Source: Lama guanicoe (taxonomy: Eukaryota). From it: DNA of 64,000 nt. The stretch covers positions 7,908,358-7,972,357 of the forward strand of contig MU054187.1 in NCBI GenBank assembly GCA_013239625.1, written 5' to 3'. Positions 1 to 13,750 of the stretch are shown here, piece after piece (the first letter of the stretch is position 1; every line of letters starts with the position of its first letter). The position numbers were made by a program, and so were the translations under genes. Under the pieces are notes generated by a model. That model was not told the DNA's origin, made no database searches, and saw only the letters and a list, made by a program, of their open reading frames with translations.

Positions 1-329
1 TACATGGATTGAGGGGAAAACAAATCTTTCTAGGATACCAGTTAAATAATAACAAAGGATCAGTTTCCAAATGGAATTTAAAAGACTGGTTGAGGCAGTC
101 TGATTTGCACAGCGCCATGTTAATGAAAACTCCTGTATGTTGGAAATGCGTGTCTCTTGCACGAGTTCATGGTAACTGATGTGCAAAGCGAGGACATGAT
201 TCAGATGTGCACAACTTTCAGTTAACAGTATTGTGACTTTGATATTTCCCTGCTAACACATATTCCATTAGTGAAACATAGGTTCTGTTAATTAGAAATG
301 GCTATGTGGGTTTAGACATTAATTTTGCG

Positions 330-1620
330 TGTACATTTTAAAATGTATCCATTTTAAGACATCCTAAGATACTACAAGTCTTATGATGAAAAACAGCATC
401 TTCCCTGCACTTGGTCCCCCTCTCACACAACAGAGGCAATTACTTCTCCCACTCTTTTAGCTGTGCCTTCTGATAGTTCCCTCCATAATTCTAAACAATA
501 TAACAGTAATTATAAATCATGTAGCTAGCTATAATAGTATAACTTTATTTGTAAATAATGTAATTTCTAACTTTGTTTCTTGGTTGAGTGCATTTTGACC
601 TCATCCCTGTTGGAACTCTCTGTCCTCTTGGTTACTTGAGAGTAGCCGCTTTGTTCGCACCACATTCAATCCAGGACTTCCCTTCTGTTCTCTCCTGTGT
701 GGGATGTTTTCTTTCCGGGACCTGATGTCCCCCTTTTTCCTTGGTTGGCTCTGTCATGTTTTAGCTCATGCTATAATAGCTTCCGGAGAGTTTGCAGGAA
801 AGATTTTCAAGGACATGTATCTAAAATGTCTAATTGTTCTCTGATCACATTTAGTAGTTTGGTTGGGTCCATAATAATGTAAAATGCAAATTTCCTTTAG
901 AGTTATGAAGGCATGACTTCACTCTCTCCTAATTTCCAGTTCTTGCAATTAAGAAATGCTACCCCATGTCCTTCCCTCCTTCTTCCTACGACTTATCTCC
1001 CAACTCCTCTAGCTTAAAGGGTTTTATTTGTTTAATTTCAATTATATGGAAAGTTTATGGTGCTGTGCCTTCGGCTGTGTGTGGGTGTATGCCTTTCATT
1101 TATGTTTTGAACATTTGGCAGTCTCTTTCAATGTAAAGTCATGTTCTAGGGTTCTGAGAACTTTTCTTGCGTTATTTCTTTGATATTTTTACATTTGCTT
1201 TGTTCTCTCTTCCAGTAATGTACATGATGCGTACCTGGAGCGATGCTTTAATTACCTCCTTCGTTTAGGCGTACTTCCTGGCAAATTTCTTTAACTATAT
1301 CTAACAGTCTTTCCACTGGTTGTTCTTTATTTCATGTAGCATATCTCCAAAAGCTCTTCCTTGCTTTCTGAGTGTTCTTTAATCTTTTTCAGCCTCTCAT
1401 GGTTTTCTGGATATATCTTTACTTTTCTCCTTGAGAATTTTAACAATACATTTTGAGATTTTTTTTTTCTTCTTCCAGGATCATCTCTATTTCCTTTGAG
1501 TTCTTTGCTGATTTGTTAGACTCTTTGTCTTTCTGTTGGAGACGTTCCTCAAGTTACTGGGGATTGTTGGATATGCATTCATATTTAATAGAAAGACACT
1601 GAAATGTGTGTGTATGCGTC
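330..1620 (-). mobile_element. Old, highly decayed LINE-1 (L1M/L1ME-type) fragments
   Basis: T-rich + strand with phrases typical of antisense old L1 (e.g. 'ttttcttgcgttatttctttgatattt', 'cagaggcaattacttctcccactcttttagctg'). Boundaries approximate. Confidence 0.55.
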
Positions 1621-1669
1621 TGGCTATCTCAGATGATTGGTTTCACTATTAAATGGGTAAGGAGTAAGT

Positions 1670-1872
1670 CATTGGCATGCTGATAACTGTTTAATAGGTG
1701 GCTCTCAAGGTAGGGGAAATGCAGAGATGTAGTGTGTGCTAATTTCCATGGTATGATATTCCTACCATGGCTGATTTCCAGTTATCCACTTGACTTCAAG
1801 TGGCTGTAAAGTTCCTGCAAATGTAACAACTGGCCCTCACAAAGCAGTAATAGCTGGCACTATTAGACCAGT
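1670..1872 (-). mobile_element. MER63A-like non-autonomous hAT-Blackjack DNA transposon
   Basis: Colinear with the reverse complement of the recalled MER63A consensus: 'cattggcatgctgataactgtttaataggtggctctc...taatttccatggtatgatattcctaccatggctgatttccagttatc...aaagttcctgcaaatgtaacaactggccctcac...'. CpGs are decayed. Confidence 0.75.
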
Positions 1873-2837
1873 CATTTTATTGGTAGATCTCCTCTCAGTA
1901 TCAATTTCTGCTGGTCCTGTTTTCAGTTTTTCCAGACAAAATATTCCACAATCTGCATGACTGCTGGTGTTCATAAAATCTGAGAGAAATGATGTTTCAT
2001 ACATAGATTTTGACTGTATCTCCTATTTTTTGTACAGAGTATCTCTCCTCCAAAGTGCTTTGTGTCTCTGATTTTGGAGACAGCTTGGTTCAAATTTGCC
2101 ATGGAATAATCTTTCTTTTAGGGTGGAGGAAAGGAAATCATGGGGACACAAGGGAGGAAAAGGAGTCCCTGTGAATCTACCTGCTTCTAATATAGACGGT
2201 TTAAAACAATCTTTTATTGAAGCATCATGCCCCTAAGTCCCACTGTATTTAAGTTCCACATCCCTGTTTTCTCCCACAATTGGTATCTCTTAATTCTGGA
2301 GGCTTTCCTGGGTACAATGGCATAATTTTGCATGTTTCCTGGAAAAAGTGGTTTTCAGATTATCCAGCAGTGTGAATTACTCAATCCATATTACTTGTTC
2401 AACAAATACGTGGCATCTCTCCTTTGCCCTCCCCAAGTCGATCCTTTTGGCACATGTAGGTTTTTATCATTTTTGATAAATTTGACTTTAGGAAGAGTTA
2501 GTTAGGGAAGGGGCAAAGACAGATACACGTGTATATTCACATAAATCTCACTAATCAGAAGTTGTGTATATAAATTTCATATCTGCAGTATATAATTTTA
2601 GATGACCCATCATAAATTCAAAGTTAACATTTAAAAACAACTTTACTCTTGAGTTTCCTTTACTTTAAACCACATGAGCAGACTATACTGATTCAAAAAA
2701 AACTAAAAAGACAGAAACATAAAAAAACAGAATGTAAAAAAGATTTCCTGAATTTCTATTTCATGCTTCTCTTTGCTTTCTAAGGAAAACCACATTTACA
2801 GTACGATATATTTCCATCAATGCCCCCTCAGTTTATT

Positions 2838-2935
2838 TTATATACATATATATATGTATGTATATGTATACACACACATATGCATATACACTCCATTTAT
2901 ATATAACATATGTACCATTTATACATGCTATATAT
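2838..2935. repeat. (TA/CA)-rich low-complexity tract
   Basis: 'tatacatatatatatgtatgtatatgtatacacacacatatgcatatac...'. Confidence 0.8.
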
Positions 2936-4254
2936 ACCCCATTACCCTATCCACTACCTGTATTTATACGATAGAGTTATAGATGAATGCTAGCTTTATT
3001 TGCATTCACTAATTTTTCTTGACAATGACAATGTCCATGTAATATTTCTATAGACACAACTTTGTTGCATCCCATAAGCTTTATTATTATCTAAATACTC
3101 TGTGATTGAGATTTTTATTCTCTCTGTAAATGGCTTTCAAATTTGCAAATGTTGGAATATGTATTTTTAAAAATCAATGCATTAAGCCAATCAAGTTGTC
3201 TATTGTGATTATATAATTTTTTCATGGTAAAGGATTTTCCTTCTATTAACATTTTTAAGGCTTATTTTAAAAAGAATGAATTGATATTGAATTTTTATCA
3301 ATTATAACTTTAGTATCAATTGAAAAAGTCACATGGAGACATACATTAATGAATTTCCTAAAATTAAAAAAAAAAGTTAGCAAATTCCTAAAATAAGCCA
3401 AGACTGATAGTGTTTTATACTTACGTTAATTTGTTAATATTTTTGTAGAATTTTTGCCTCAGATTACAAGTGAGACTAGTCTTTTTCTGTTTGTTTTAGG
3501 ATATTTTTGCTAGGTTTTATTGTCAATGTTGTGACTACAGAAAACGAATTGAGGCATGTTCATTTCTTATTTATGTCTCATCACAGTATTACTAACATAA
3601 GAATTGTCTGTTCCTTAAATCCTTGAAATAAAATGAATCCATAAAAACATCTAAATCTAGTACTTTTCTTAAGAGTGGTTCTTGCAAAGCTTTCTCAACA
3701 TCCTTTATGGTTCTCTATCCATTTAAACTAGAGTTGTTTCCTAAAACATAATATACATACTATGTATATAATATATGTTTATAACATGTACCTTTCATCT
3801 CTATCTGTGAATAACTAAGTTTTCTCAGAGTTCTTTTAACTCTCACTGCACCTGTGCTTATGACCTCTTTTTTTCTTCAGCAAAAATTTTAAGTATGCAA
3901 TTTATTTTTTTAGTGTTAAATTTGATTGTGCTTATCTATGTATATTTGTACTTATGTATCTACATATCCTGTATCTGTCTATTTAGCATCTATCTTGTCA
4001 CTGCTGCTGTTTTCAAATCATTCTTCAGGGCAATGACCCAACCTATAGTTTTAATTCCGACCTTGAACTTCTTAGGTTTAGATTTGTTCTTTTCTAGCTT
4101 TTTGAATTAAACGGTAACCTTATTTGCTTTTATTAATTTTGTCTGGAAAGAAAAGTGCATATGGAATTTTCCCTTTAGTAAGACTGCTGTCAAACCCCAT
4201 AGTTTAAAAAATTTTTGTCATCTAGATATAATACACAAAAAATAAAACATAAAA

Positions 4255-4948
4255 ACCACTTACTTATAAGTTTATCATACAATGAAATTTATTATTCTGC
4301 AACTATCACAATAACTGAGTTTTATAGCATTGTCATCAGTCCATCCCTTGTGTCCATTTGCAGTTAATATTCATACCCAACCTCCAGCCCCTGACAACAA
4401 ACAGTCCACTTTTTGCCTCTATATACTTGTCTTTTCTGAACATTTTATATATGAACTAAAATCATATAATGTGTAGTCTTTCGTGTCTAGCTTTTTTCAG
4501 TTAGTATTATGATTTAAAGGTTGACTCATGACATAGCATGGGTCAGTAGTTCATTTCTTTTTATTGTTGAATAGTATTCCATTATAAGGGTATGCACATC
4601 TTGTAACTGATGGAACTTCGGATTGTTTCCAATTTTTCACTACTGTGATGTTTTTATGAATGCGTAGTAAAGTCTTTGTGCAGAAATATGTTTTCATTTC
4701 TCTTGAGGCAGTACCTGTAGGTAGAATGCTGGGTCTTACTAAAAGTTTATGTTAACAAATTAAGAAATTTCTGAACTGCTTTTCAAAGGGGTTGTACCAT
4801 TTTACATTCTCACCAGCAATAAATGAGGGTTTCAGTTTCCACACATTCTTGTCAATATTTGTTATTGTTCATCTTGTTTACCATGGCCATTTGAGTTGAT
4901 GTGTAGTGGTATCTCATTGTAGTTTTAATGTACATTTTCCTAATGACT
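4255..4948 (-). mobile_element. LINE-1 (L1MB/L1MC-type) 3' region, antisense
   Basis: Contains 'gtaccattttacattctcaccagcaataaatgagggtttcagtttccacacattcttgtcaatatttg' and 'gtagtggtatctcattgtagttttaatgtacattttcctaatgac', both hallmark antisense L1 ORF2-end/3'UTR phrases. Confidence 0.85.
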
Positions 4949-4954
4949 GTATAA

Positions 4955-5113
4955 TTTTTTTCTTTTCTTTTGTATCTGTGTGAGATGATGAATGTTCACT
5001 AAACTTACTGTCATCATCATTTCACAATGTATGTAAGTCAAATCATTATATAATACATCTTAAATTTATAGAGCACTGTATGTCAATAATTTCCCAAAAC
5101 TGGAAGGAAAAAA
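4955..5113 (+). mobile_element. LINE-1 3' tail (L1MA9-related/laurasiatherian type), 5'-truncated
   Basis: 'gagatgatgaatgttcactaaacttactg...catttcacaatgtatgtaagtcaaatcattat...ctgtatgtcaataatttcccaaaactggaaggaaaaaa'. Homologous in reverse orientation to 18401-18700. Confidence 0.8.
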
Positions 5114-5129
5114 TACAATCTTGAAAAAA

Positions 5130-6100
5130 ATTTTAAACTTTTATGCTTCAAAGGACACCATCAAACAAGTAAAAAGACAACCACAAATGGGATGTTATAT
5201 TTGCAAATCATATATCTGATAAACATCTAGTATCAAAAATACATAAAGAACTCTTACAACTCCACAAGGAAAAGGCAAACAATCCAACTAAAAAAATAGG
5301 AAAAGCATTCAAATGGACATTTCGCTAAATAATATATACAAAAGACCAATAAGCACACAAAAAGACACTAAACATCAGTAGTTGTTACGGAAATGTCAAT
5401 CAAAACTACAGTGAGAAACCACTTCACATACACCATGATGGCTATAATCAACAAAATAGAATGAAGCAAGTTTTGATGAATTGTGAAGAGATTAGAACCC
5501 TCATAAACTGCTGGTGAAGGTGTAAAATGGTGTAACTGCTATGAAAAATAGTTTGGCAGTTTCTGAAGAAGTTCAACAAAGACTGACCCTATGATCTAGC
5601 AGTCTCATTCCTAGATGTACACCCAAGAGAAGTGAAACTTGTGTCACTCAAAATTTTGAACACAAGTGTTAGCAGATTATTCATTAATAGTAAAAAAGTA
5701 GAAACAATCCAACTGAACATCAGCTGATAAATGCATAAACAAACATGGTATATACCTACAATGGAATATTATTCAGCTATGAAAAGGAATGAAGTACTGA
5801 TACATGCTACAAATGGATGAACCTTGAAAACATTAAGCTAAGCACATGAAGCCAGACACAAAAGGCCACATACTGTATGATTTTATTTATACAAAATGTT
5901 CAGAATAGGCAAATCTATAGAGACAGAATGTAGATTAGTGGTTTCTGGGATAAGGGGGAGATGGATTGGAAGATATGAGGATTCTTCTGGGGTGATAGAG
6001 AAGTTTTGAAATTAGATAGTGGTGATGGTTGCATAACATTGTGAATATACTAAAAACCACTAAAGTGAAGGCTTTAAAATGGTTAAAAATGATAACATTT
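5130..6100 (+). mobile_element. LINE-1 (L1MB7/8-like) ORF2 end plus 3' UTR
   Basis: 'caatggaatattattcagctatgaaaaggaatgaagtactgatacatgctacaaatggatgaaccttgaaaacattaagctaag', 'gaataggcaaatctatagagacagaatgtagattagtggtt', 'gatagtggtgatggttgcataacattgtgaatatactaaaaaccact'. Confidence 0.9.
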
Positions 6101-6164
6101 GTCTAAATAAGAACTATGTATATAGGTATTATATACACATATAAATATATTCGTATAATTTCTA

Positions 6165-7270
6165 GGATGATAGTTTCATTCTTTTAGTAAAGATTTTGCT
6201 CCACTGTCTTCTCATTTGCATTGATTCCAAAGAGTAATTTACCTTGTTCCTTATTATTGAACATTTCTTTTGCCTCTGGTTGCTTTATAGATTTTTCTGT
6301 TTATTATTGGTTTTGAGTAATTTGGTTATGATGTGCCTTGATATCTTTTCTTTATTCTTCCTCTGCTTCAGGTTCATTGAGTTCCTTGAATATGCGGATT
6401 TAGTTTTCATTAAGTTTGGAAAAATTTCAATCATTTATCCTATTTTTTTTTTCTGTTCTTCTCTTCTTCAGGGACTTGAACTCCACATATATTAGTCTCC
6501 TTGAAGTTGTCCCATAGCTCACTGATGTTCTTTCCCTTATTAAAAAGTTATTTTCCCACTCTGTTTTATTTGAATAGTTTCTTATTGCTACATTTTAAAG
6601 TTCACTCATCATTTATCATTTCTTCTGCAATGTCTAATCTGTAGTTAACTCCTCCCAGGGTCATTCTCATCCTAGACACTATAGTTTTCGTCTCTGAAAG
6701 CTTTCTTTAAAATATTCCTTACATATTCTGTGTTTCTACATAACTTTTTGAACATATGGAATAGAGTGATAATAACTCTTTTAATATAATTGTCTGGTAA
6801 TTTGAACATCTGTGTCGGTTCTGGGGCAGTTTTGATTCATTGATCATTCCCCTTATTACTGGTTGTGTTTCCCTGCTTTTCACATGCCTGATGATCTTTA
6901 ATTGGATGCCGGGTATTGTGAATTTTGCATTGTTGGGTGCCGGGATTTTTGCATATCATACATTTTCTTGAGTTTTGTTCTAGGGTGCAGTTATGTTACT
7001 TGAAAACAGTTTTATCCTTTTAGGTCTTGCTTTTATGATCCAGTGTGTGCACCCAGTGAGGTGCTGAGTCTGAGGCTAACCATCTTCTACTGTCTAGGCT
7101 TGATCCTTCGGAGTACTCTACCTGAGTCTCTGTGAATGGTGAGTTTGTCCAGTCCGACTGCTGTGAATGAGCACGATTCCCAGCCTTCTGTCCACTTTGA
7201 GTACTGTTCTCTCACATTCCTTCAGCTGGCTCTTTCCAGGCCTCAAGTAATAGTTTCTTCACAAACACCT
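6165..7270 (-). mobile_element. LINE-1 (L1M) 5'/ORF1 region, antisense
   Basis: 'ctccactgtcttctcatttgcattg', 'gtaatttggttatgatgtgccttg', 'ttcattaagtttggaaaaatttca', 'atttcttctgcaatgtctaatctg'. Confidence 0.75.
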
Positions 7271-7289
7271 TAGTTTGCTTTTGTTTTAC

Positions 7290-8560
7290 ACATTGTATAG
7301 TTGATACTGGATAACATATAATCTTCTGGCTTCTTTCACTCAATATTCTGTCTGTGAGATCCAGCCATGTTACTGCATATGGAAACTGCTCATCCACCTT
7401 ATTACTTTGCCCGATTCCACTGTATGAATATTTACCTATTCTACTGTTGAGGGGCATTTGGTTGTTTCCAGTTTTCTCTTACCAACTGTACTGCTATGAA
7501 TATTTTTGTATATGTCTCTTGGTAAACATTTTCACACATTTCTGTTACATACATAACAAGGATTGGATTTCCTGAGATCTAAGGTATGCATACATTGAAA
7601 TTTAACGGATAATTTCAAAAGGTTTTCCAAAGTTATTGCGTCAGTTCATACTTCCACTACCAGGGTGTAAGAGCAACAAACACTCTACATCTTCAACCAA
7701 CTCTTTATAGTATTACCTTCCTAATTCTAGCTATTTTGGTAGATGTAACATCTCACTGTAGTTTTAATTTGAATTTCCCTGATGACGAATGTGGTCGAAA
7801 GCTTTTCCCGTATTAATTAATTGGTCATTTGGGTAGCCTCTTGTGTGAAGTGCCAGTTTAAGTCTTTTACAAATTATTTTGTGATCTCTTATTTTTATTA
7901 ATAACTTGAAAGAGCTTCTTTAACTTGGATATGTGCCTCTTATTAGTCAGATGTGTGAAAATAACTTCTTCTTTGTGATTTGCTATTTTTACTCTCTTTT
8001 GAAGAACAGACATTCTTAATTTTCATTTAATTTAATCTGTACAGTTTTTCTTTTATGAATAATGTTCTACTTAGGAATATTTCCCTACTCCAGATTATGA
8101 TGATACAGGTCATATCCAAGAGGTTTGAACTGTTTTGACTTTCATGTACAGATACATGTACAGTCCAACTGCAATTAATTGTTATATGTAATATGAGACA
8201 AGGATCAGAATTAATGCTTATTCCATATGGAAACCTAACTGGCCCAGTATCATTGAAAAGATGGTCCCACTACATTACGGTACTATCTTAGATTTATCCC
8301 TATGTATTTAAAATATTAATAATATTTTAAGTAATATTATTCCTTAAATCTTATTTTTAATTATTTCTTGTATTTAAAAATGTGATTTATTTTTTACCCT
8401 GAATGATATCTAGACTCTTGCTAATTATAACAAATGTGAATTCTGGAGAGGCTGCCATTGATCGATTATTTTCCTCATTACAGGGCTGTGTTTTGTGTTT
8501 ATTTGTATGCCTGGTAATCTTGACTCGAAAGACAAACCTTGTGAATTTCACATTGTTACT
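7290..8560 (-). mobile_element. Old LINE-1 3'/ORF2 fragments, antisense
   Basis: 'cttctggcttctttcactcaatattctgtctgtgagatccagccatgtt', 'catctcactgtagttttaatttgaatttccctgatgac', 'tcttgtgtgaagtgccagtttaagtctttt'. Confidence 0.75.
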
Positions 8561-8844
8561 TCTTTTGTATCTCAATTCTTTTTGTATCTGATCTAAATTA
8601 CCACTTAGTTTCTCTGATTCTTTCCTTCTCTTGTCTACTAAATCCTGCTTTTCATTTCTGTGAATTTTCAATTCAATTCTTTATCACCACTTGTTTAGGC
8701 TTCTTCAGTTTCTGTGTGTTTTCTGCCTCAGTCTCTTTGCCTTTTAAAGCACCTTATATACACCTGTTAGAACACATGCATATGTATTATATAAAATGTG
8801 CTTATACACAGGGTTACTGGGAGTAGTTAGTCATAGTCATAATC

Positions 8845-9070
8845 AGCAACTGTGCACTTAGCACATATTATATGCCAGGTGCTAAAAATGTAGTATTCTA
8901 ATATTCACAAAATCTCTTTGAATCGGATAATTGGATAATTCTATTTTCATTTTGTAGGAGAGAAGACTGAGTCTCAAAAATTCCTCATCTGTGGAGATCT
9001 CAAGACTCGTATAGGAAAGAATGAATGTAATTCACATCTGCTTAGCTCCAAGGTGTATATTCTCAAAGGT
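8845..9070 (-). mobile_element. MIR SINE
   Basis: 'tatgccaggtgctaa...ctattttcattttgtaggagagaagactgagtctcaaa' matches the antisense MIR core. Confidence 0.6.
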
Positions 9071-9137
9071 GCCATGGCTCCCTCTCTATAGATTGTATTT
9101 TATGCTATGATTACTTTTATTTTTAAAGTCTCTTCAA

Positions 9138-9232
9138 ATGGACTATAAGCTTTTTGAGGTCTTTGAGTCCTTTTGTATCATCTAAGCACAAATTGCCTCA
9201 GAAGACAATAAATATTGATCAACTGGTTGAAT
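9138..9232 (+). mobile_element. L2 3' end
   Basis: 'ggactataagctttttgagg...aataaatattgatcaactggttgaat'. Confidence 0.55.
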
Positions 9233-11554
9233 TTTTTGTGACAGAATTCCCCAAAATAAGAACAAGCAGGTAGCATAGGTGGGTTCAATGTGGATAGACT
9301 GTCAGGCTCTTCTGCTCCAAAATTATACTCACTGGACAATGGTTCCTTGATGAGAGAAAATAGCTCTACAAAAATGAGCTAGTAACAATGAGATCATTTT
9401 CTCCTTGAAAAAATGGCCTCAGTTCAGTAATACCTGGACATTATATTTTACTGGTACCCTCTGAAAAGTCAGGAAATAGGAGGCCATTGCCAAGGTTGTT
9501 TCAAAACTATTTCAGTGAGCTTTTAGTCTTTGCTTTGGTCAAGGCTGCAGTCACAAAATGGAAGTATCCATCAAATTATTGGACAATGCAGACTGAGGAA
9601 CTTCCTCTAATCCTATACATATCCCCCTAAAAGGAAAAAAAAAAGCCGAAAAACTTTGATTAAAGGAAAGAGTTGTTACCTAGCTCATTCTCTCTATTCA
9701 GTATATTTCTCATATAGTCACTACATAATTTTTCAAATCCTTCCTTTACTTTGGTTAAAGTGATGTGACATCTTCACTATGAAGTGTAAGCTTTTCATCT
9801 CTGGTTATTATTGGATTAAAGAGATTGGATAAAAAATGCAAGTAAAATGGACACAAATCCAGAGAAGGAATAACTATCCCAGGGAAATGTACGTATTTTC
9901 CTGATTTTAGCAGTGGACATGGGGATTTGTAAATAACTGCCATTAAGCTATACGTGACTATGAAGACTCATATGTTGTCGGAATGTAGCTGCCTGAAATA
10001 ATACAAACAGTGTTTCTGAAATACAGTCAGACTATTCAGTCAAGACTGTTTACTGATGAGTAAAACTGGTTAAACTATTGCTTTCTGAACACTCATCCTA
10101 TGAATAAAACAGGATTAGATCTGAGATTTTAAGCTTTAGCTACTGTCACTGGTTGCATTTAATTGTGTATAATATATTCAAGTAAGCAAATTCCAAATGG
10201 AACTGAATGATCTCTTAATGTTAACTATGGTTTTTATTGACTCATTTCCCCATATGTTCCTTAAATATTCTATTATTTTGTTTTCCCATTGCCTTTTATG
10301 CATATTTTCAAACAATAGATGTCTTGCCTTACAATCTTTTAAATTAGATCATCATGTTACTGTACCTATCAATATTGTAAGTAAACACTATTATCCCTGT
10401 TAATATAAATCGATCAGCATTTCATTTATGGTATAAAATTCTATTACCATCCATTAAATTCCCTGAAAAAGAAGACCTTAATCTATGAGACATCTTTCTT
10501 TTCTACGTAGCTAGAAAATACCTCCAAATTCTCTTGGCACTTTAGTGTTGTGCTTAGAACCTGGATATGATTAAAGAAAAACACTAAATGGATGAGATTT
10601 GTCATATCAATTGACAGGGCTTTGGAAAACACCCATAAAATAGTACATAATGAAATTCTGAAGTAAAGGAAATATATATTTAAAAAAAAATAAGACTAAT
10701 GCAAATTTTTTTAACTATTATAAAAATACCTCATAATCAACAAATTTCCTATCTTATTTTTTTTTTAAGCTGAAGTCTGGGGATCGAGTTTTAAAAACCA
10801 TGTGGGCATTTTTCTGGCATTTATACTGCCTGTAAATTAAATTCTTTGAGAGTTCCTATACCTAGATTGACTCTGATCCTCAGAAGACTGATTCCTTGTT
10901 TATTATTAAGTTTATTTTATTTTTTCAGACATCCAAGTCACTGGACAAAGCCCTTCTTCAGTGGCCTTGTTTTTGTCAGGAGCATGAAACTAAGAGACTC
11001 TCTGGATAAACCCAGGTGTGATAGGAAACTGATTTCTGTATCAGAGTGGCTTATTGGATCTGTTTCCATGTTTGTTTTCTGGATTCAGTGGCTAATTTGG
11101 TTTCTAATCATGCTTTTGACCCCATTTCCAGACTGTTTGTGGCACGAGTAAAAGGAAGGCCCTGCAGTAGGTAATTAAGTCTGCAAACGCAGGGCTGCTT
11201 ACTTTTCATTGCAGCTGATAATCAGAGTGCTGCTGCTCAAGTGTAAAATGCAGAAATTAATGATCCTATATAATACAGATTAGGGCTTTCATTTTAAAAA
11301 CTATCAGTGCAGAAGAACAAAGGTAGGAAGAACAGCATGATATTTGGAACTCCAATATATAGTAAAGCCTGCAAATTTTGAAAGAAGCATCTACGCTTGA
11401 GACTAATCAAAACTGGCCTGTGTTCTAAGGCGATCGATTAGTTCAGAACTCAAATATATGACTGCCCGTTGCATCTTTGAAAAGGCACCATTAGACACAT
11501 TTGTCCCTGTCGCTTCACTTGTAAACATGCCCTATTGTTCATTCAGATCAAATG

Positions 11555-11625
11555 GTGTGTGTGCAAGCATTTAGCATGCTGAGTGCCACGTAGTAGGTAC
11601 TCAATAAATACTGCAGTGTTTGAAT
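11555..11625 (+). mobile_element. MIR/L2 3' tail fragment
   Basis: 'gtgcaagcatttagcatgctgagtgccacgtagtaggtactcaataaata'. Confidence 0.55.
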
Positions 11626-13559
11626 AAAACATTTCCATAGAGAAGTAGCAAGGCAATATTCAAGAGCCATGAAAATAATACGCACGCATTTTAAAAACAC
11701 ACAGTCTTATAAAAATTCCTCTATACTATTATTTACCCAGGTATTTACTTTGCTAGGACCCAGGAGATTGCAAAACTACTCTTGCTGTAGAGGGTTCTCC
11801 AGTTTACAGTGTACCTTTCATAGAAAGAAAACTGACTTCCAACAAAACCCTGACGTTTGTTGACACAAAGCTTAACTGTCCCCCCAAAATGCACACTTGG
11901 CACAACATATCGTGCCAGTGATTCACTCCTCAGCGAGTATAAACATATTGATCTGTTTCAGAAACATGATCAATTTTGTCACCGATTAACTCGATAGATT
12001 TTCCATGTTCTTTCCTAAATTGTTAGATCATTCTGATTATGTGTCCTCCCATGTTTGTTCACTTTTAGTCATTTTGTCAATGATTTTTTCCTAGGAAGTT
12101 ATTTCTCATTTGTCATCAGTAGTAAACTGGTTAACCTGGTAAATACTTCATCAAGGTAATGAGAATGACATTATGCACGGGAGAAACTTAGACACAGAGT
12201 AAAAATGCTAATACGGTTATGTATGGGAACATTCCACATCAATAAATATGTATCATTTTGTTCTCTAATGTATACAAGTTCTCACCAGATCATGTTCAAT
12301 AACTCCTGGTTTGGAAACTACAGTCACAGCGCCCCTGAAATATTACTTTGAAAGGTAATGTTAAGACAAGAATTTCAGACTAAGTGATTCAGAATGAGAC
12401 AGCATCACTCCCTTTCAGCAGTTGGGAAAACATTTGGTGTGTTGATCTGGCACATTTCTGAGCTTGTATTAGAAAAAATCATGAACACATGAAAAGCAGC
12501 ATTTGTTGCATATTGGTAACCATTCTAATCTATTTATAAAATATGCTAGGCAGCATTGTTTTCTAAACAGAGAAAAGTGGATCTTTGGCATGTCTTCTCC
12601 ATCAGACTTTAAATGACAAGAACATGCTTTGAAACAAGCCCAGAAGTTACAATAATGAACTCTCCAGCCAAGCGCTTGTGCTTTGCAGTTCAATTTTCAC
12701 GTTGGCCAGGACTCACTCAAGGGTTTAGCGTTTACTCATTGTGACCAACAAATACAGTACATTTCAATAAAATTTTGCCTTCCAAGTTACGTTCAATGAC
12801 TGCAATGCCATCGCCACTGACAACAGGAGGAACCAGCGTCTCATCACACTGACACTGTAAGATCATGCAGATGTTCACAGCCCAATTGATCTATTCCTTC
12901 CCCTATGAATTATGCAGCTAGGCGTCTCAGAGTTTTGCTGAAAGCAAAATTAAGGTTAATGTTTGGTGATTTTTAACCAAAATGATGATGTTAAAAGTGG
13001 GACATTGCAAGTACGGAACAAGCTAGATTCTCAGTACTGCCTCTTCTTGCTGTGCTGCCTGGAAGTGGGCGGTCTGGCCTCTGACCCATGGAAAACAGCC
13101 AGCAGAGGGAAAGAGGCTGATGCTCTGATGATGAAGTGACTAGGACCTAGGGTTCCTGGCTCTGACTGCTCCAATAGTTTCTTAGTCTCCCTTTTATAGC
13201 TTTGACCTTCCCAAAAGATTTTCTAGTCAAAAAATGCCCCCAGCCAATTATTCATTGACAAATCCAAGCTTGTGAAGCAACTGCTGTTCCAAGTTCTAGC
13301 AAACAATGAGGAACAGTCAACACTTGGCAGCAGAGCGGGTCTGTCTGGATTTGGTGGCTTTTATCTGCAGTATGAGCTGGCAATCAGAGCGAGCGTAGGA
13401 GAGAACAGAGGGTTGCAAGCCACAGATAAAGGACTGAGGAAGAAAACCGTTCCTATTTCGCTCTTCTTAAGGAATCAGGTTGTTCACATCATCTGGCTTG
13501 AGATTCAGGCCTCTTTCTCTAGTCACCAAAAAAGTGAGTAATAAAAACAACAAAACTAC

Positions 13560-13750
13560 GATGTCAGAGTTGTTGTATTGCTTGGCGTTTAACGTCCACC
13601 GCCAAGGCTTCACGCTTCTTAGACCTAAGCATCCTTCCAGGTGGACTTTACTGGCTTTTCCTTGTAGATGAGAACGCAGTGTTAGAGAGGTTAAGGAACC
13701 AGGGTGGTCATTCGGGCAGTAAACGGAAAAGCTGGGGCTCTAATGTTCAG
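13560..13750 (-). mobile_element. MIR SINE
   Basis: 'gtagatgagaacgcagtgttagagaggttaagg...cagtaaacggaaaagctggg'. Confidence 0.55.
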
